The notes under the pieces were generated by a model, which did not search any database, was not told where the DNA came from, and was given only the letters and a program-made list of their open reading frames with translations. The translations under genes and the position numbers were made by a program. A DNA stretch of 64,000 nucleotides from Antedon mediterranea (lineage: Eukaryota > Animalia > Echinodermata), in contig NC_092678.1 of assembly GCF_964355755.1 (NCBI RefSeq), forward strand, positions 326,422 to 390,421. The letters are read 5' to 3'. This document shows positions 24,617 through 37,272 of this stretch, one piece after another. Position 1 is the stretch's first letter; each line of letters begins with the position of its first letter.

Positions 24617-25532
24617 TTGCCACCATTACCATCTCGTCCGCCACCACTACCGGATTTGATGAAATTTCGTAACTGCAAACAAAAAATTGGATTTTTAAAT
24701 ATAGTCTTGGATTCTCCTACATTTCATCAATTCAAAATAGTATTCTTCTTCAACTTACTGCTGATTTTGTCAACAACCTGGTCTTGCTCAAATCTCAAGA
24801 AAGCGAACCCACGCTTCTTTTCGGATATTTTCTCATTTGGAATGTCCACAGACTCGACTGTTCAGTAATTTATCTCAAAATATTCTTTTAACTTTTCCTC
24901 TGTAATTTCTTGCTGCATACAGCTGAGGATGATATTTTTGCATGGCCTCTTTTTTCTTGGGTCCACACTGCATTCCTGTAAACAAAAGTTAACAAAGACT
25001 ATTGATATTATTCAGTTTTATTCATTAAAGAACAACTTGACCGAGGATCATACTTTAACAACGTATTAGGGATGTACATATGATTTCAGAACAACAGTGA
25101 GATTAAGGATATCGCTGCATGCGCTCTATCTAGGCTTGTTAAAAATTATGGATTCGCATTTGAGGATTGAAATAGACTTCACCAGTCAGGACGATTAGAA
25201 TAGGTTTACGGATCGATTATAAACATGGTGTGCGAGATATATATTTTTAAAAATCACCTCTCGAGAGACTTCTCTCTTTACTTGAACATCCTGGTTATCT
25301 ATTGAGTGTCCTGTCGTTTGGAAATCCTCAATGCATTTATCTACCATGCTAGCTTTTTTAAAACGCACAAATCTAAAACCCTTGCTTTTGTTGGTATGTT
25401 GGTATGTGGATATAATGTGGATATATATTACAAAATCCGTGATCTCTCCATACTTTGAAAAGTCTCATCCTTAGTGTCATAATCAAGACCTCCGATGAAT
25501 ATCTTTCGGAGTGGCTCATTTCCTTTGGTTTC
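24617..25532 (-). pseudogene. Intron-containing hnRNP A/B-like pseudogene: exons 25532-25258 (RRM1), 24975-24759 (RRM2), 24672-~24617
   Basis: EPLRKIFIGGLDY..VKREVSRE|ECSVDP..KKRGFAFLRFEQDQVVDKIS| with AG/GT sites, in-frame TGA at 24862-24864, indels in RRM1. Confidence 0.9.
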
Positions 25533-25599
25533 CTGGTTCAACAAAAAAAAGTAAAGGCATTAACGCAATATACATTGGATTCAGCACTCACAGAATAAA

Positions 25600-26539
25600 T
25601 TCTAAACCACCCGGTGATATACTCAAATTTCTTAACTGCAAACAAAAAATTGGATTTTTAAATATAGTCTTATGTTAGCTCATTCTGACATTTCATCAAA
25701 TAAAAAATCTTCAACTAATATAGTACTCTTCTGAACAATGTATCACAACAACTTACTGCTTCTTCAACAACCTTCTTTCCAGATAATATCCACAGACTCG
25801 ACCGTTCCGTAATTTAAAATAATCACCTCTCGTGATACTGCCCTTTTGACTTTTACATCCCTGTTACCTATTGATTATTTTTTATATTATATTGATTTAT
25901 TATTATTATAATATTACTCCTGAATTCTGTTTTAGTCTTAAAATATTCTTTTAATTTGCCCTCTGTAATTTCTTGCTGCATACCACCGAGGAAGATCTTT
26001 TTGCATGTCCTCTTTTTTCTTGGGTCCTCACTGCATTCCTATAAAAAAAGTTATAATTGTTAAAGTTAACAAAGACTATTCTTATACTTATTCTATTAAG
26101 CGTGCACCAGTTGCTGTGTAGGTTACAATTAAAAAACAGAGCATAATTAAGTTTATAAATAACTGAAGATTTAAATGTACCTCCTCCTCCGCCACCACCA
26201 CCACCTCGTCCACCGCCACCATGACCTCCATCTCCTCCTCCTCCACTATTATCCATTTCATCTCTAGGGATAGCTTTCTTTCCAACTTCACATTGCATCA
26301 CCTCCAGTGTTTCTACATCCACCTGCTAAAGAAAACAAGATAATGAATTTTAAGAATCATTGTAATGTATTAATTACTTTGTGAATTGAAAATGAGCAAG
26401 TTCTACATATTTTTTAGTGAAATAGTGATAGAGGGTTACTTACCGGTATTGTATGGTGTACCACCTCGGTTAATGTACTGCTGATCACCTTTCATTGGTC
26501 TGAATGCGAATTGAGTTCCCTGGTAATTCCCGCCTCTGC
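25600..26539 (-). pseudogene. Further hnRNP paralogue exon remnants (RRM2 start, RRM2 end plus Gly-rich, PY-NLS exon 26444-26539)
   Basis: CEV.KKAIPRDEMDNSGGGG..; FRPMKGDQQYINRGGTPYNT followed by gtaagt. Confidence 0.78.
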
Positions 26540-27410
26540 TTACATACATAGAACTTACATACATAGAACTTACATACATAGAACTTACATACATAGAACT
26601 TACATACATAGAACTTACATACATAGAACTTACATACATAGAACTTACATACATAGAACTTACATACATAGAACTTACATACATAGAACTTACATACATA
26701 GAACTTACATACATAGAACTTACATACATAGAACTTACATACATAGAACTTACATACATAGAACTTACATACATAGAACTTACATACATAGAACTTACAT
26801 ACATAGAACTTACATACATAGAACTTACATACATAGAACTTACATACATAGAACTTACATACATAGAACTTACATACATAGAACTTACATACATAGAACT
26901 TACATACATAGAACTTACATACATAGAACTTACATACATAGAACTTGCATACATAGAACTTGCATACATAGAACTTGCATACATAGAACTTGCATACATA
27001 GAACTTGCATACATAGAACTTACATACATAGAACTTACTTACATAGAACTTACTTACATAGAACTTACATACATAGAACTTACTTACATAGAACTTACTT
27101 ACATAGAACTTACATACATAGAACTTACATACATAGAACTTACATACATAGAACTTACATACATAGAACTTACATACATAGAACTTACATACATAGAACT
27201 TACATACATAGAACTTACATACATAGAACTTACATACATAGAACTTACTTACATAGAACTTACTTACATAGAACTTACATACATAGAACTTACATACATA
27301 GAACTTACTTACATAGAACTTACTTACATAGAACTTACATACATACATGACCTACTTACATACATGACCTACTTACATACCTGGGATTTGCATACATAGA
27401 ACTAACATAC
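26539..27410 (-). repeat. 15-bp tandem array (TTACATACATAGAAC)n, ~54 units, with a degenerate tail
   Basis: Directly visible; variant units TTGCATAC and TTACTTAC occur in clusters. Confidence 0.98.
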
Positions 27411-27429
27411 ATTTTAATTTTAGTATAGA

Positions 27430-28200
27430 TCAATAACCTAACAATATTAAAAGCGAAAATATTTTGCTATGTATGCTAAAACTACAATCTGCAAAATATT
27501 GATTTGGGTACATTATTTTTATCTAGAGAGAATTGTTCCTTACACCATGATGGATCTTTGTGTACCGCCTCCAGCACCACCAAAACCACTTCCAATGTTT
27601 CCAGCCATATTCTGTCATGTTTCCTCTATATCCTCCTTGGCCGCCACCATACTTGCTTTATATTGAAATGCAAATAACTAAAGATTTAAATGTACCTCGT
27701 CCGCCACCACTACCACCTCGTCCGCCACCACTACCACCACCACTACCACCTCGTCCGCCACCACTAACACCTTGTCCGCCACCACTACCACCTTCACCGC
27801 CAAATTCTTTTTTCGCCCCTAAATGTTTGTCCCGGATTTGATGAAATTTCGTAATTTTTGGATCAATTCTTCTTCTTCCTCTGTAATTTCTAATAAAAAA
27901 AGTTATAATTGTAAAGTTAATAAAGACTATTCTTATACTTATTCTATTAAGCGTGCACCAGTTGCTGTGTAGGTTACAATTAAAAAACAGAGCATAAATA
28001 AGTTTATAAATAACTAAAGATTTAAATGTACCTCCTCCTCCGCCACCACCACCACCACCTCGTCCGCCGCCACCATGACCTCCATCTCCTCCTCCTCCAC
28101 TATTATTCATTTCATCTCTAGGGATAGCTTTCTTTGCCTCAAAACATTCGTCACATACAGTACTGTATGAATTTTCTTAACTGCAAATAAAAAATTGGAC
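27430..28200 (-). pseudogene. hnRNP Gly-rich/RGG exon remnants, paralogous to 24540-24700 and 26040-26280
   Basis: ITKFHQIRDKH..KKEFGGEGGSGGGQG..GGRGG with shared intron sequence. Confidence 0.75.
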
Positions 28201-28297
28201 ACTAGACCTAACAAATTTAAATTATCTATTTCATCTTTAGGGATAGCTTTCGTAGACCTACTATAATGAATAAAACTCCAATGATGATATTAACTAT

Positions 28298-29422
28298 AGT
28301 AACAGTTAAATGTGTTACTTGACAAATATGGCAACATATTTGAAGATTCATATGAAGGTATAAAACGTGAGCTGCTCACATAAATATCAAAGAAAATGTC
28401 ACCCGTGTCTATGTGAAAAAGAGGCCTTGCAAAAAGATCATCCTCTGCAGCAAGAAATTACAGAGGAAAGTTAAAAGAATATTGAGACAAATTACGGAAA
28501 GGTTAGTCTGTGGACATTCCACTTGAGAAAATATCCGGAAAGAAGCGTGGGTTCGCTTCTTGGTTTTGCTAACTTCCAAAAATCAACCATGGTAGACAAT
28601 ATGCATTGTTTTTTTAAGCCAGCATGCAACGCCATTAGACGTGCTGCATTTTTGCTCGTCGGGTGAGAGGAAGTGTCACCCAAATTCAGGTATATTCCAT
28701 ATTACTAAGGAATTGATTCCCTAAAAATGGCGACTACACGGCAAGAATAAAAATAAAATCACTGATTTTACTACGAAAGGAAGAAATATCAAAGAAAATG
28801 TCACCCCTGTCTATGTGAAAGCAAGGTTTGTCCCCTATGCTAACAAATTGAAAGTTGAAAGAGTTAAATAAGTTGGAAGAAAATAGTGTAATACTGTACA
28901 CAAAGTAAAACAAAGTGAATGGGCAACCCCAATTGGGCCTAAAATCAGATGGCACAGAATCTGTGGCAATTATAGTGTAACAAAAGTAACAAAGAATTAC
29001 CAGGGAACTCAATCCGCATTCAGACTAATGAAAGGTGGTCATCACTGCATGAACAGAGGTGGTATTTGCACAGAATCAGACACTAACATACAAAGATCTA
29101 GAGGTTTTGTATTTGTAACGTTTCAAAAAGGAAAGCATGGTAGATAAATGCATCCAGGATTACCATACGAGGGCACACTTCATTGACAAACGGAAAGTAC
29201 AAGTCAAAAGAGCAGTATCAAGAGAGGCGATTTTAAAAATATAAATCTCGTACAAGTTTTAAAAAATCTACCATGAGACCCTACGAAAATATTTTTCAAA
29301 ATATGGTGAAATTACGGACTATGTTAATTTTTTTCAGAGGTACGATGTTACTACTACTACACATTATGCCTAATTGCTATTGCAGAATTGCAGTTAACAT
29401 TAAATACAATTAAATACAAATA
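28298..29422 (+). repeat. Inverted copy of 6760-7878
   Basis: The same ORFs (7164, 7493) appear on the opposite strand at 28734 and 28492. Confidence 0.92.
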
Positions 29423-29511
29423 CTGTAGTGCATATATCACAAATTTTGGGTTTATCACTTCCCTATATGTTCATACCATCTACTACATTAGGTAGTTTCA
29501 ATTTCAATTTC

Positions 29512-31865
29512 TGTTACGACCACTTTTGGCCTAGGCCGAAATACCTAAATAAATAGCAACAACGAGGCTTGGAACAAACAATAGTCGACACTCAGAGTAT
29601 TATGCAAAGAGCACGAGCTCCATTTATTTCCTTTCACGAAGCACAAAATACATAACAACACAATTATAGATACGTATGATACCGAGTGGTTGGTTTGCCT
29701 GGCCATCCGTACACATCACAACCTCCCCATTCTTATCGTCCTGCCTCGCTTCCAGTCTCAAGCACAGTTCTAACCGCAAGCGTCCTTAGCTGGCCCTGTC
29801 TCCTGAGTGACTCCCTTCTTTTTCACACACCCAGAACAGCTTTCCAAAATACCGCGCACCACCATGCTCCATTCTGATTTGTCCACTTGACCACCGGCGA
29901 CTTGATTCATTTGCATGTGACATGTGACACCTGACTCTACATTTAAGGAAGTGTCGCACTTTGTCTTTTTGATATCTTCACCTGGGTTATAAAATTCTAG
30001 ATTTGACATGAATGTCCCCTCTAAATCTAATCCATCGTTATCGGACATTCTATCTTCAATTTTCTGTGTCATTGCACGTGTTACAGCGCAGGCGGGGTAT
30101 TCCCAACCATTGTCGGGCGTACCAGTTTCACATAGCATATTAGACTTTTGTAGTGTGGAAGTTAAATTATCGTTAATCATTAATTCAGGTAACACCCTAC
30201 CGCCAGCCAAATCATTACCCAAAAGCATATCAATTCCCTCTACTGGAAGCTCCGGTACAACACCTATTATCGCTTCCCCTTTAACTAATTCAGAATCAAT
30301 TATTACTTTGTGTAACGGGACATTAATAACATTCATCCCCACACCTCGAATTAACGCGGTCATACTCGTAGAACTACTTTTACCGAAAGAAAGAGCTCCC
30401 TCCAACATCATAGATTTGGCACAGCATGTATCTCGCATGACCTTAATGCGTTTAAAGCAATCATCACCTTTTAGCGATACCCGTGCCTCTGACATAAATG
30501 GTGCAAAATTTTCATTAGTTTTATTACATTCAATTTGCTTATTTACTTTTGAAATGTTGTTGGTGTCCCCTTTTAATGTACTGTAGCACATCCTACTGGA
30601 AGAGAAGATTTGTTACTATAGTTATTTGAGTTACGTTTGAGAAAATAACATTGAGACATAACATGTCCTGGTTTTTTGCAATGGTAACATGTTAATACCT
30701 TAGGCTTATCCCAACGCTTACTCTTAAACGGACTCTGTCTCTTAGTATCAGATACCCGTTTGTAATCACTTGGTTTATCCTCATGGTTAGGATTATTTAT
30801 GTTTATCGCACTTAATTTATGAGTCAATGCATAGTCATCGGCATATACTGCTGCGTCTTTTAATGTATCAATTTTACGTTCATCAAGGTGAATTTTAATA
30901 TCAACATGAATGCACCTTTTAAATTCTTCTATTAACATCATTTGCTTTAAATTATCATAATTCAATTCTACATCTTTAGAACTAACCCATCTATCAAACA
31001 TTTGCTCTTTAACTCTGGCAAACTCCACATGCGTTTGTTCACACTGTATCCTCGCATCTCTAAATCTTTGTCGATAAGCTTCTGGCACAAGTTCGTAAGC
31101 ACTGAGCACTGCTTTCTTCACTATTTCATAATCACTACATTCGTGAAGGGGTAGAGCCGAATAAATTTCACGTGCTTTCCCTATGAAAACACTCTGTAAC
31201 AGAAGGGTCCACTTTTCTTTCGGCCACTTCATACTGTACGCAATTTTTTCAAAGTGTTGAAAATATTTATCAACTTCGGTTTCCTGAAATTTTGGAACAA
31301 GCCTAATGTGTTTAGACGCATTGAAAGCATCAGGCGCACTAGCAACATTTACTTTTCCTTCTCTCTCTCTCTCTCAATAATGTCTCTTTCAATTTGGTAC
31401 TGCAATTTCGCAAGCTCTAACTCTACATCTGCTTTTTGCTTTGCCCTCTCCATTTCCATTTCCATCATCATTCTCTCTTTATCAATTTCCATCTTAGCCA
31501 TTTGTAACTCTAATCCTTTCAATTTTACAGCTTCACTCTCTACTTCCTCAACCACAATCACTTCCTTTAAACATGATTCTTCTAAGTATTCTTCTCTTAC
31601 AAGGGTTTCAATTAAATTATTTTTAACAACTTGTTTTCTCGTAGACTGTTTTAAATGCAGATCAAAATACCTTCCCAACGCCAACAAATCTGGCTTTTTT
31701 AACGTATTAAATTTTTCCCAGGAAACACACTCTGCAAGGTATTTTTCAGCCTCAAACTCCATTATAAACAAATGGTTAAGAAAAAATTACAATAGTGTAG
31801 CAGTGATTGTTTGTTCCAAACCCCGAGTGAGTCTAACAACTCCGGTTTTCCCGGACGAGCCCCCA
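29512..31865 (-). mobile_element. Gmr1-like Gypsy remnant: PBS, gag (SCAN-like plus CCHC), protease-like region, then a partial LTR (~29512-29870); RT/RH/IN absent
   Basis: WPKEKWTLLLQSVFIGKA, CYHCKKPGHVMSQC, MRDTCCAKS, LLGNDLAGG, PACAVTRAM. The LTR-like end ..GTCGTAACA carries AATAAA. Confidence 0.87.
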
Positions 31866-32172
31866 ATTTCTGTACTTAAAGGCTCTCTTTTTCTACTTTT
31901 GGGTTCACACATTCCTCTCGAGAGACCGCTCTCTTAACATGAACCGTTTTACTGTTCAGACAATGTCCTGTCGTTTGGGAATCCTCCATGCACTTATCCA
32001 CCATGCTTGCTTTTCTTAACGATACAAACCCAAATCCTCGGCTTTTTTTTGTATGGGGATATCTCACGATGAAATAATCAATAATTTCCCCATATTTGGA
32101 GAAATACTGTCTCGACGTCATCATTTGTTTCATAATCAAGACCTCCAACAAATATTTTTTTGAGTTGTGGGT

Positions 32173-35100
32173 TGTGATGTTATGTCTTTGTTTGTACACA
32201 ACAATATAATATATAAATGAACGAAGACGTTAGTTTGGTTTGGTAGATGTTTATTGTAGCTCAGCAATATAGCAAGTGGTTATGAAACATTAGTTATCAT
32301 TACTAATACCTCTGGTATGTGGTTGTCATGGCTATGAGGATAGCTAACCTAGATACCAGTAAGGTGTGTGGACCTGTTGAACCTGTAAGTTCAGTCACTT
32401 GTAATGTAATATCATTACATCTTCCCTCTTTTGAAAGTTAAAATATTTTTCTTAGTATTCTTTTAAATCCGTTATTTATGTATCCATAGTTCATGCATAA
32501 GATTTCAAGAGTATTATACTTAGATTTTTTTTTTTAAATATTTTTATCTTGTTATTTAAATTTATTTATGTACATGCTAGCATTATTCATAAGTCGTTGC
32601 ATAATTGTCTATACATTATATTTTGTCTGTAACATAGTCGTCTAAGTATGCTGGTCGTCGGGCTTGACGTCGTGGTCGGTTTTGATCGATAGTTTTACCA
32701 TTTCTGTCATTTGTAACCGGTACGTCGTCATCCGAGTCATAGTCGTCATTGTCATATCTGTCAATGGATGGTATTGGCATGATGTGCCTTCTGTTCCGTC
32801 TATAGATATCATTTCCACATTTCACAAGATAAGATTTATGAGGTAGTGATTTGTGAATTGTTCCAACTTTGTTCCACAACTTAGATGTTGTATCATATAC
32901 AGTACTTTAACTTTCTGTCCGTATTGTATGGTTTCTAGAGTTTTTGAATGTTTGTTATAGTTCTGCGCTTGTTTTTGCTTTAGCTCATCCTTCTTTTCCT
33001 TTAATTCAATAAGTTTTGGTTTTAGCGCTGACTCATTAACTGGGAGGTTTGATCTGATTTTCCTTGAGAACATCATTTCTGCTTGACTAAGTCCATGCTC
33101 GAGTGGTGTAGCACGATATATCTGTAGTGCTAAGTATATATCTTCCTTTGTCTCTGTACATTTCTTGATAATTTGTTTGACTATCTTTACTGCATTTTCA
33201 GCTTGTCCATTTGACTGCGCAAAATATGGACTGGAAGTTGTATGTTCAAAGTTCCATTCGTTGGTGAATTTCCGAAATTCTTCACTGACGAATTGTGGTC
33301 CATTATCAGAAAAGAGTACAAATGGTGTACCATGTATCGCAAACCATGATTTCAGTATGTTGATTACAGCTGCTGAAGATGAACTTGTTAGTTGACGAAC
33401 TTCAATGTATTGAGAATAATAGTCAACACATGTGATATAATTGTTATTGTTTACCGTGAAAAGATCAATCCCAATTTTCTGCCATGGTTGGGTGTTATCG
33501 GCTGCATATATCATTGGTTCCTTTGGTTGCATTGGTTGGTGTTTCTGGCATGTCGGACAAGATTTTACTTTGTCATCTATGTCCTTGTTGATGTTTGGCC
33601 AGAATATTACTTGTCTAGCCCGTCTCCTGCATTTTTCGATACCCAAGTGTCCAGTATGGATTTGCTTAAGCATGTCCTTTGTCATTTTAGCAGGTATTAC
33701 GATTCGATCACCTTTGAATACGAGATCGCCTTTTATTGATAGCTCATCACGATAATTCCAGTAATCTCGTGTTGCTGGGTGGCATTTGTTTCGCTTGTTA
33801 GGCCATCCTTGTTGAATTGTGCGATTCAGTTCTCTTATTGCTTCATCGTTGCCTGACTCAACTTCAATTTCCTTGAGTTTTTTGTCAGTAGTAGGTAGCG
33901 CTGCAATTATTGATTGTACATACATATCAATGAAATCATTAAATTGTTGCTCTGACGACAGTTGGTATGTCGCGTCAACTGCTCGTGAAAGAGTATCCGC
34001 TGTTTGGAGTGATTTTCCAGGTACATAGATTATCTTTATGTCGTACTTTTGCAGTCGCAATCGCATTCTTTGGAGACGAAGAGGTCCATCAGCTAGCGGT
34101 TTCGAGAAAATTGATACAAGTGGCTTGTGATCAGTCTCGCATATAACTGATTGTCCATAAAGAAATTGGTGGAACCTTTCACATGCAAACATTGTGGCTA
34201 GGCACTCTTTTTCAATTTGTGCGTACCTTGTTTCTGCTGAGGTCATTGCTCTTGAGGCATATGCTATTGGCGCCCATCTACAGTACCGGACAGAATTATT
34301 GCAGATTTTGAATGCATTCAACGCATTGTTAAAGTGTTGACAACGCGTTGAAACTGCGTTGTCCGTTGGCATTGAAAGTGTTGAGTTCGTTGAACTGTTT
34401 ATTCAACCAACACAATGTGTTGCGTTGAGTTTGCGTTGAAATAACGAACAATCGGATTCGTATGGTATTTACAGATTGCCAGTGTGTATTAGTAGTAGTA
34501 GTAATAGTATAAAATACAGTATTACAAATATTTAAGAAAACAAACATAATGTGTATTTTTCCGCGGAAACCTAGCTTAATATATTACACTAGGCTAGGCC
34601 TACTACTAACGAGTAGGCCCCGTGTGTATATGAGCCGCGTCTGCCATCGCAGTTAAAAGTAGTGGTCATGTCCTTAATTATGCCTATATTAACTGGAGTA
34701 TTAAATACCAAAGTTAAGCTTGGTTGAGGGTTGTGGCATATTTGTTATTGCCTTAATTTTCTCTGGATCTGGCTTTATGCCTTTATCTGTCAGTAAATCA
34801 CCAAGGAATACAACTTGCTTGACACAGAACTCACATTTTCGTTTGTTTAGCTTTATGCCATTCTTCTCTATGATGTCAAGTACTTGGCTTAATTTGTCTA
34901 TGTTCTTCAATTGTTTTAGAGGATATTATGATGTCATCTTGCATTGAGTTTACTCGTGGTATGTTTTCCAACAAGTTCCCAATTGCCACTTGGAACCCTT
35001 CGCTTGCGCAGTTAATTCCAAATGGTAAACGTTTGAAGATGTAACGTCCCACAGGTGTAATAAAGCATGTTAGTTGAGCACTTTCGTCATTGAGAGGTTG

Positions 35101-36978
35101 CTGCCAATATCCTGATGTGAAATCTAGTTTTGTAAAAAATTTAGCATCAGCGAATTCGGCCATAATTTCTTCCCTCGACGGTAGCTTGAAGTGTTCACGC
35201 TTTATGGCTTTATTGAGATTTCTAGGGTCAAGGCATAGGCGAATGTCACCATTCCGTTTGTTCACGGTAACGATGTTGCTTACCCATTCAGTTGGTTCCT
35301 GAATTTTTTCTATCACACCAAGCTGTTCCATGCGATCAAGTTCCATTTTAACTTTATCTCTTATCTTGAAGGGTATTTTCCGACAAGGACTTTGAACTGG
35401 TGGAATCGATTTGTCAGTGTGTATGTGATACTTCCTTGGTAAGCACCCAAGACCTTTGAAGACATTATCGTGTTTGTTTACAATATCTTGTACATGATGA
35501 ATGCCGTTAGTGGTGTTTCGTTCCACTGTATTCAGTGACGCTTCCTCAAAGTTTGGTATTATTAGTTGTAGCTGCAAACATGTATCGGCACTTAATAGTG
35601 GTTTATAATTTGTCAATTTGTCATCAACTATGTATACTGCAAATGTTCCTTTACGATCCTTACTGTACGCTATGTCCAGGTTGCATTTGCCTAAAATTGG
35701 GATAGCAGCATCAGAGTAGCTTTTGACTGGCGTACTTACGGGAATGAGGAGTGGTTTATGTCAAGTTGACAGAAAAATCCATGGGAGGGTTTTGAAATGG
35801 CGTTACACTCTATTTCAATTGTGCTCAATAGAAAGGTTTCCTCCTCAGATTCAGATTCTGATGCTACAACCACATTCGCTCTTTTAAAGCTTTTGCTGCG
35901 ATACTTTTGTTTATCATCTTTTGCGTGTTTCTTTGCGTAGCTTGTTTTCGTTGTGCAGCATTTTCCGAAGTGATTGCGCCCGTTGCATTTGTCACATATT
36001 TTACCAAATGCTGGACATGATTTTGGTCCATGTTTTGTGGCGCACCTTCTACAGTCAAAGTGTTTAGTAGTGCTCCTTTTTGAGTTACTATGATTATTCA
36101 TGCTCAATGCATTTAGTTGACTTGCCGATGCTTGCAACGTGTCATCACTAACTTCTTGATTTTGTGCAATGCTGATTGCCTTGTCCAGGGTTAGATTGTC
36201 CCCTTCATCCATACACTTTTCCTTGACTCTGGGATGAATGGCTCTCAGTACAATAGCATCGCGCAACATCCTTTCCTCTAGATCGCCATATTTAAAACCC
36301 CAATCAGCATCTCGTTTTCTGCAGGTATTGCTGCTTGGTCACCATTTTCGGGCTGAGCTGCGGCCCATACAAATGTCCCATATATTTCTCGTCCACGGTC
36401 CCCAATATAAGTCATTAAATAGTTAACTTTTTGTATTTCCGTCTTTGCGTCTAAAGGACCATCAAACGTGAATTGACAGTGTTGTTTGAACCGTTTAAAT
36501 TCTCTCAACAAATCTGGTGATGCCCAGTCCATTGCTGGTTTATTCTTGTCGGCCATTGTTAATGTGTTATAAAATAAAGTTACTCACAGACCTTGATATT
36601 ATCCACTGAAGCAAGAAGAGTCCAAAGATCCGAAGAAAACAGAGGTCTAACTTCAATATGCCAATGGAAAAATTAATCCGATGATAACATAAAATATATC
36701 CACATTAAATTGGTTCGAATTTCTGACACCATGTGATGTTATGTCTTTGTTTGTACACAACAATATAATATATAAATGAACGAAGACGTTAGTTTGGTTT
36801 GGTAGATGTTTATTGTAGCTCAGCAATATAGCAAGTGGTTATGAAACATTAGTTATCATTACTAATACCTCTGGTATGTGGTTGTCATGGCTATGAGGAT
36901 AGCTAACCTAGATACCAGTAAGGTGTGTGGACCTGTTGAACCTGTAAGTTCAGTCACTTGTAATGTAATATCATTACA
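32173..36978 (-). mobile_element. Duplicate of the Gypsy element at 1190-5995
   Basis: Same TSD, flanks and lesions. LTRs at 32173-32419 and 36732-36978. Confidence 0.96.
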
Positions 36979-37272
36979 TGGGTTTTCTTCGTTTTCGGTT
37001 ACGCCTACCATGATTGTCTATATAAAGCAACCAACGTAAAGAAGTGGAAGTCTAAATCCAAGGGATTTCATTTTATTCAACGGAACTTAGACAGGACTTT
37101 GGGAAACTATTTTGCTCGACGTCATCATTTGTTTCATAATCAAGACCTCCCAACAAATATTTTTTTGAGTTGTGGGTTTTCTTCGTTTTCGGTTACGCCT
37201 ACCATGATTGTCTATATAAAGCAACCAACGTAAAGAAGTGGAAGTCTAAATCCAAGGGATTTCATTTTATTC

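Noticed and set aside
26436-27350. Long repetitive ORFs (MYVSS, YVCKF, YIHRT repeats)
   Set aside because: These are stop-free frames of a 15-bp satellite on both strands, with no evidence of coding.
24617-28200. A functional hnRNP gene
   Set aside because: In-frame stop, indels, and exons out of order or partially deleted.
32173-36978. Independent second Gypsy transposition
   Set aside because: Identical TSD and flanks show it arose by segmental duplication.
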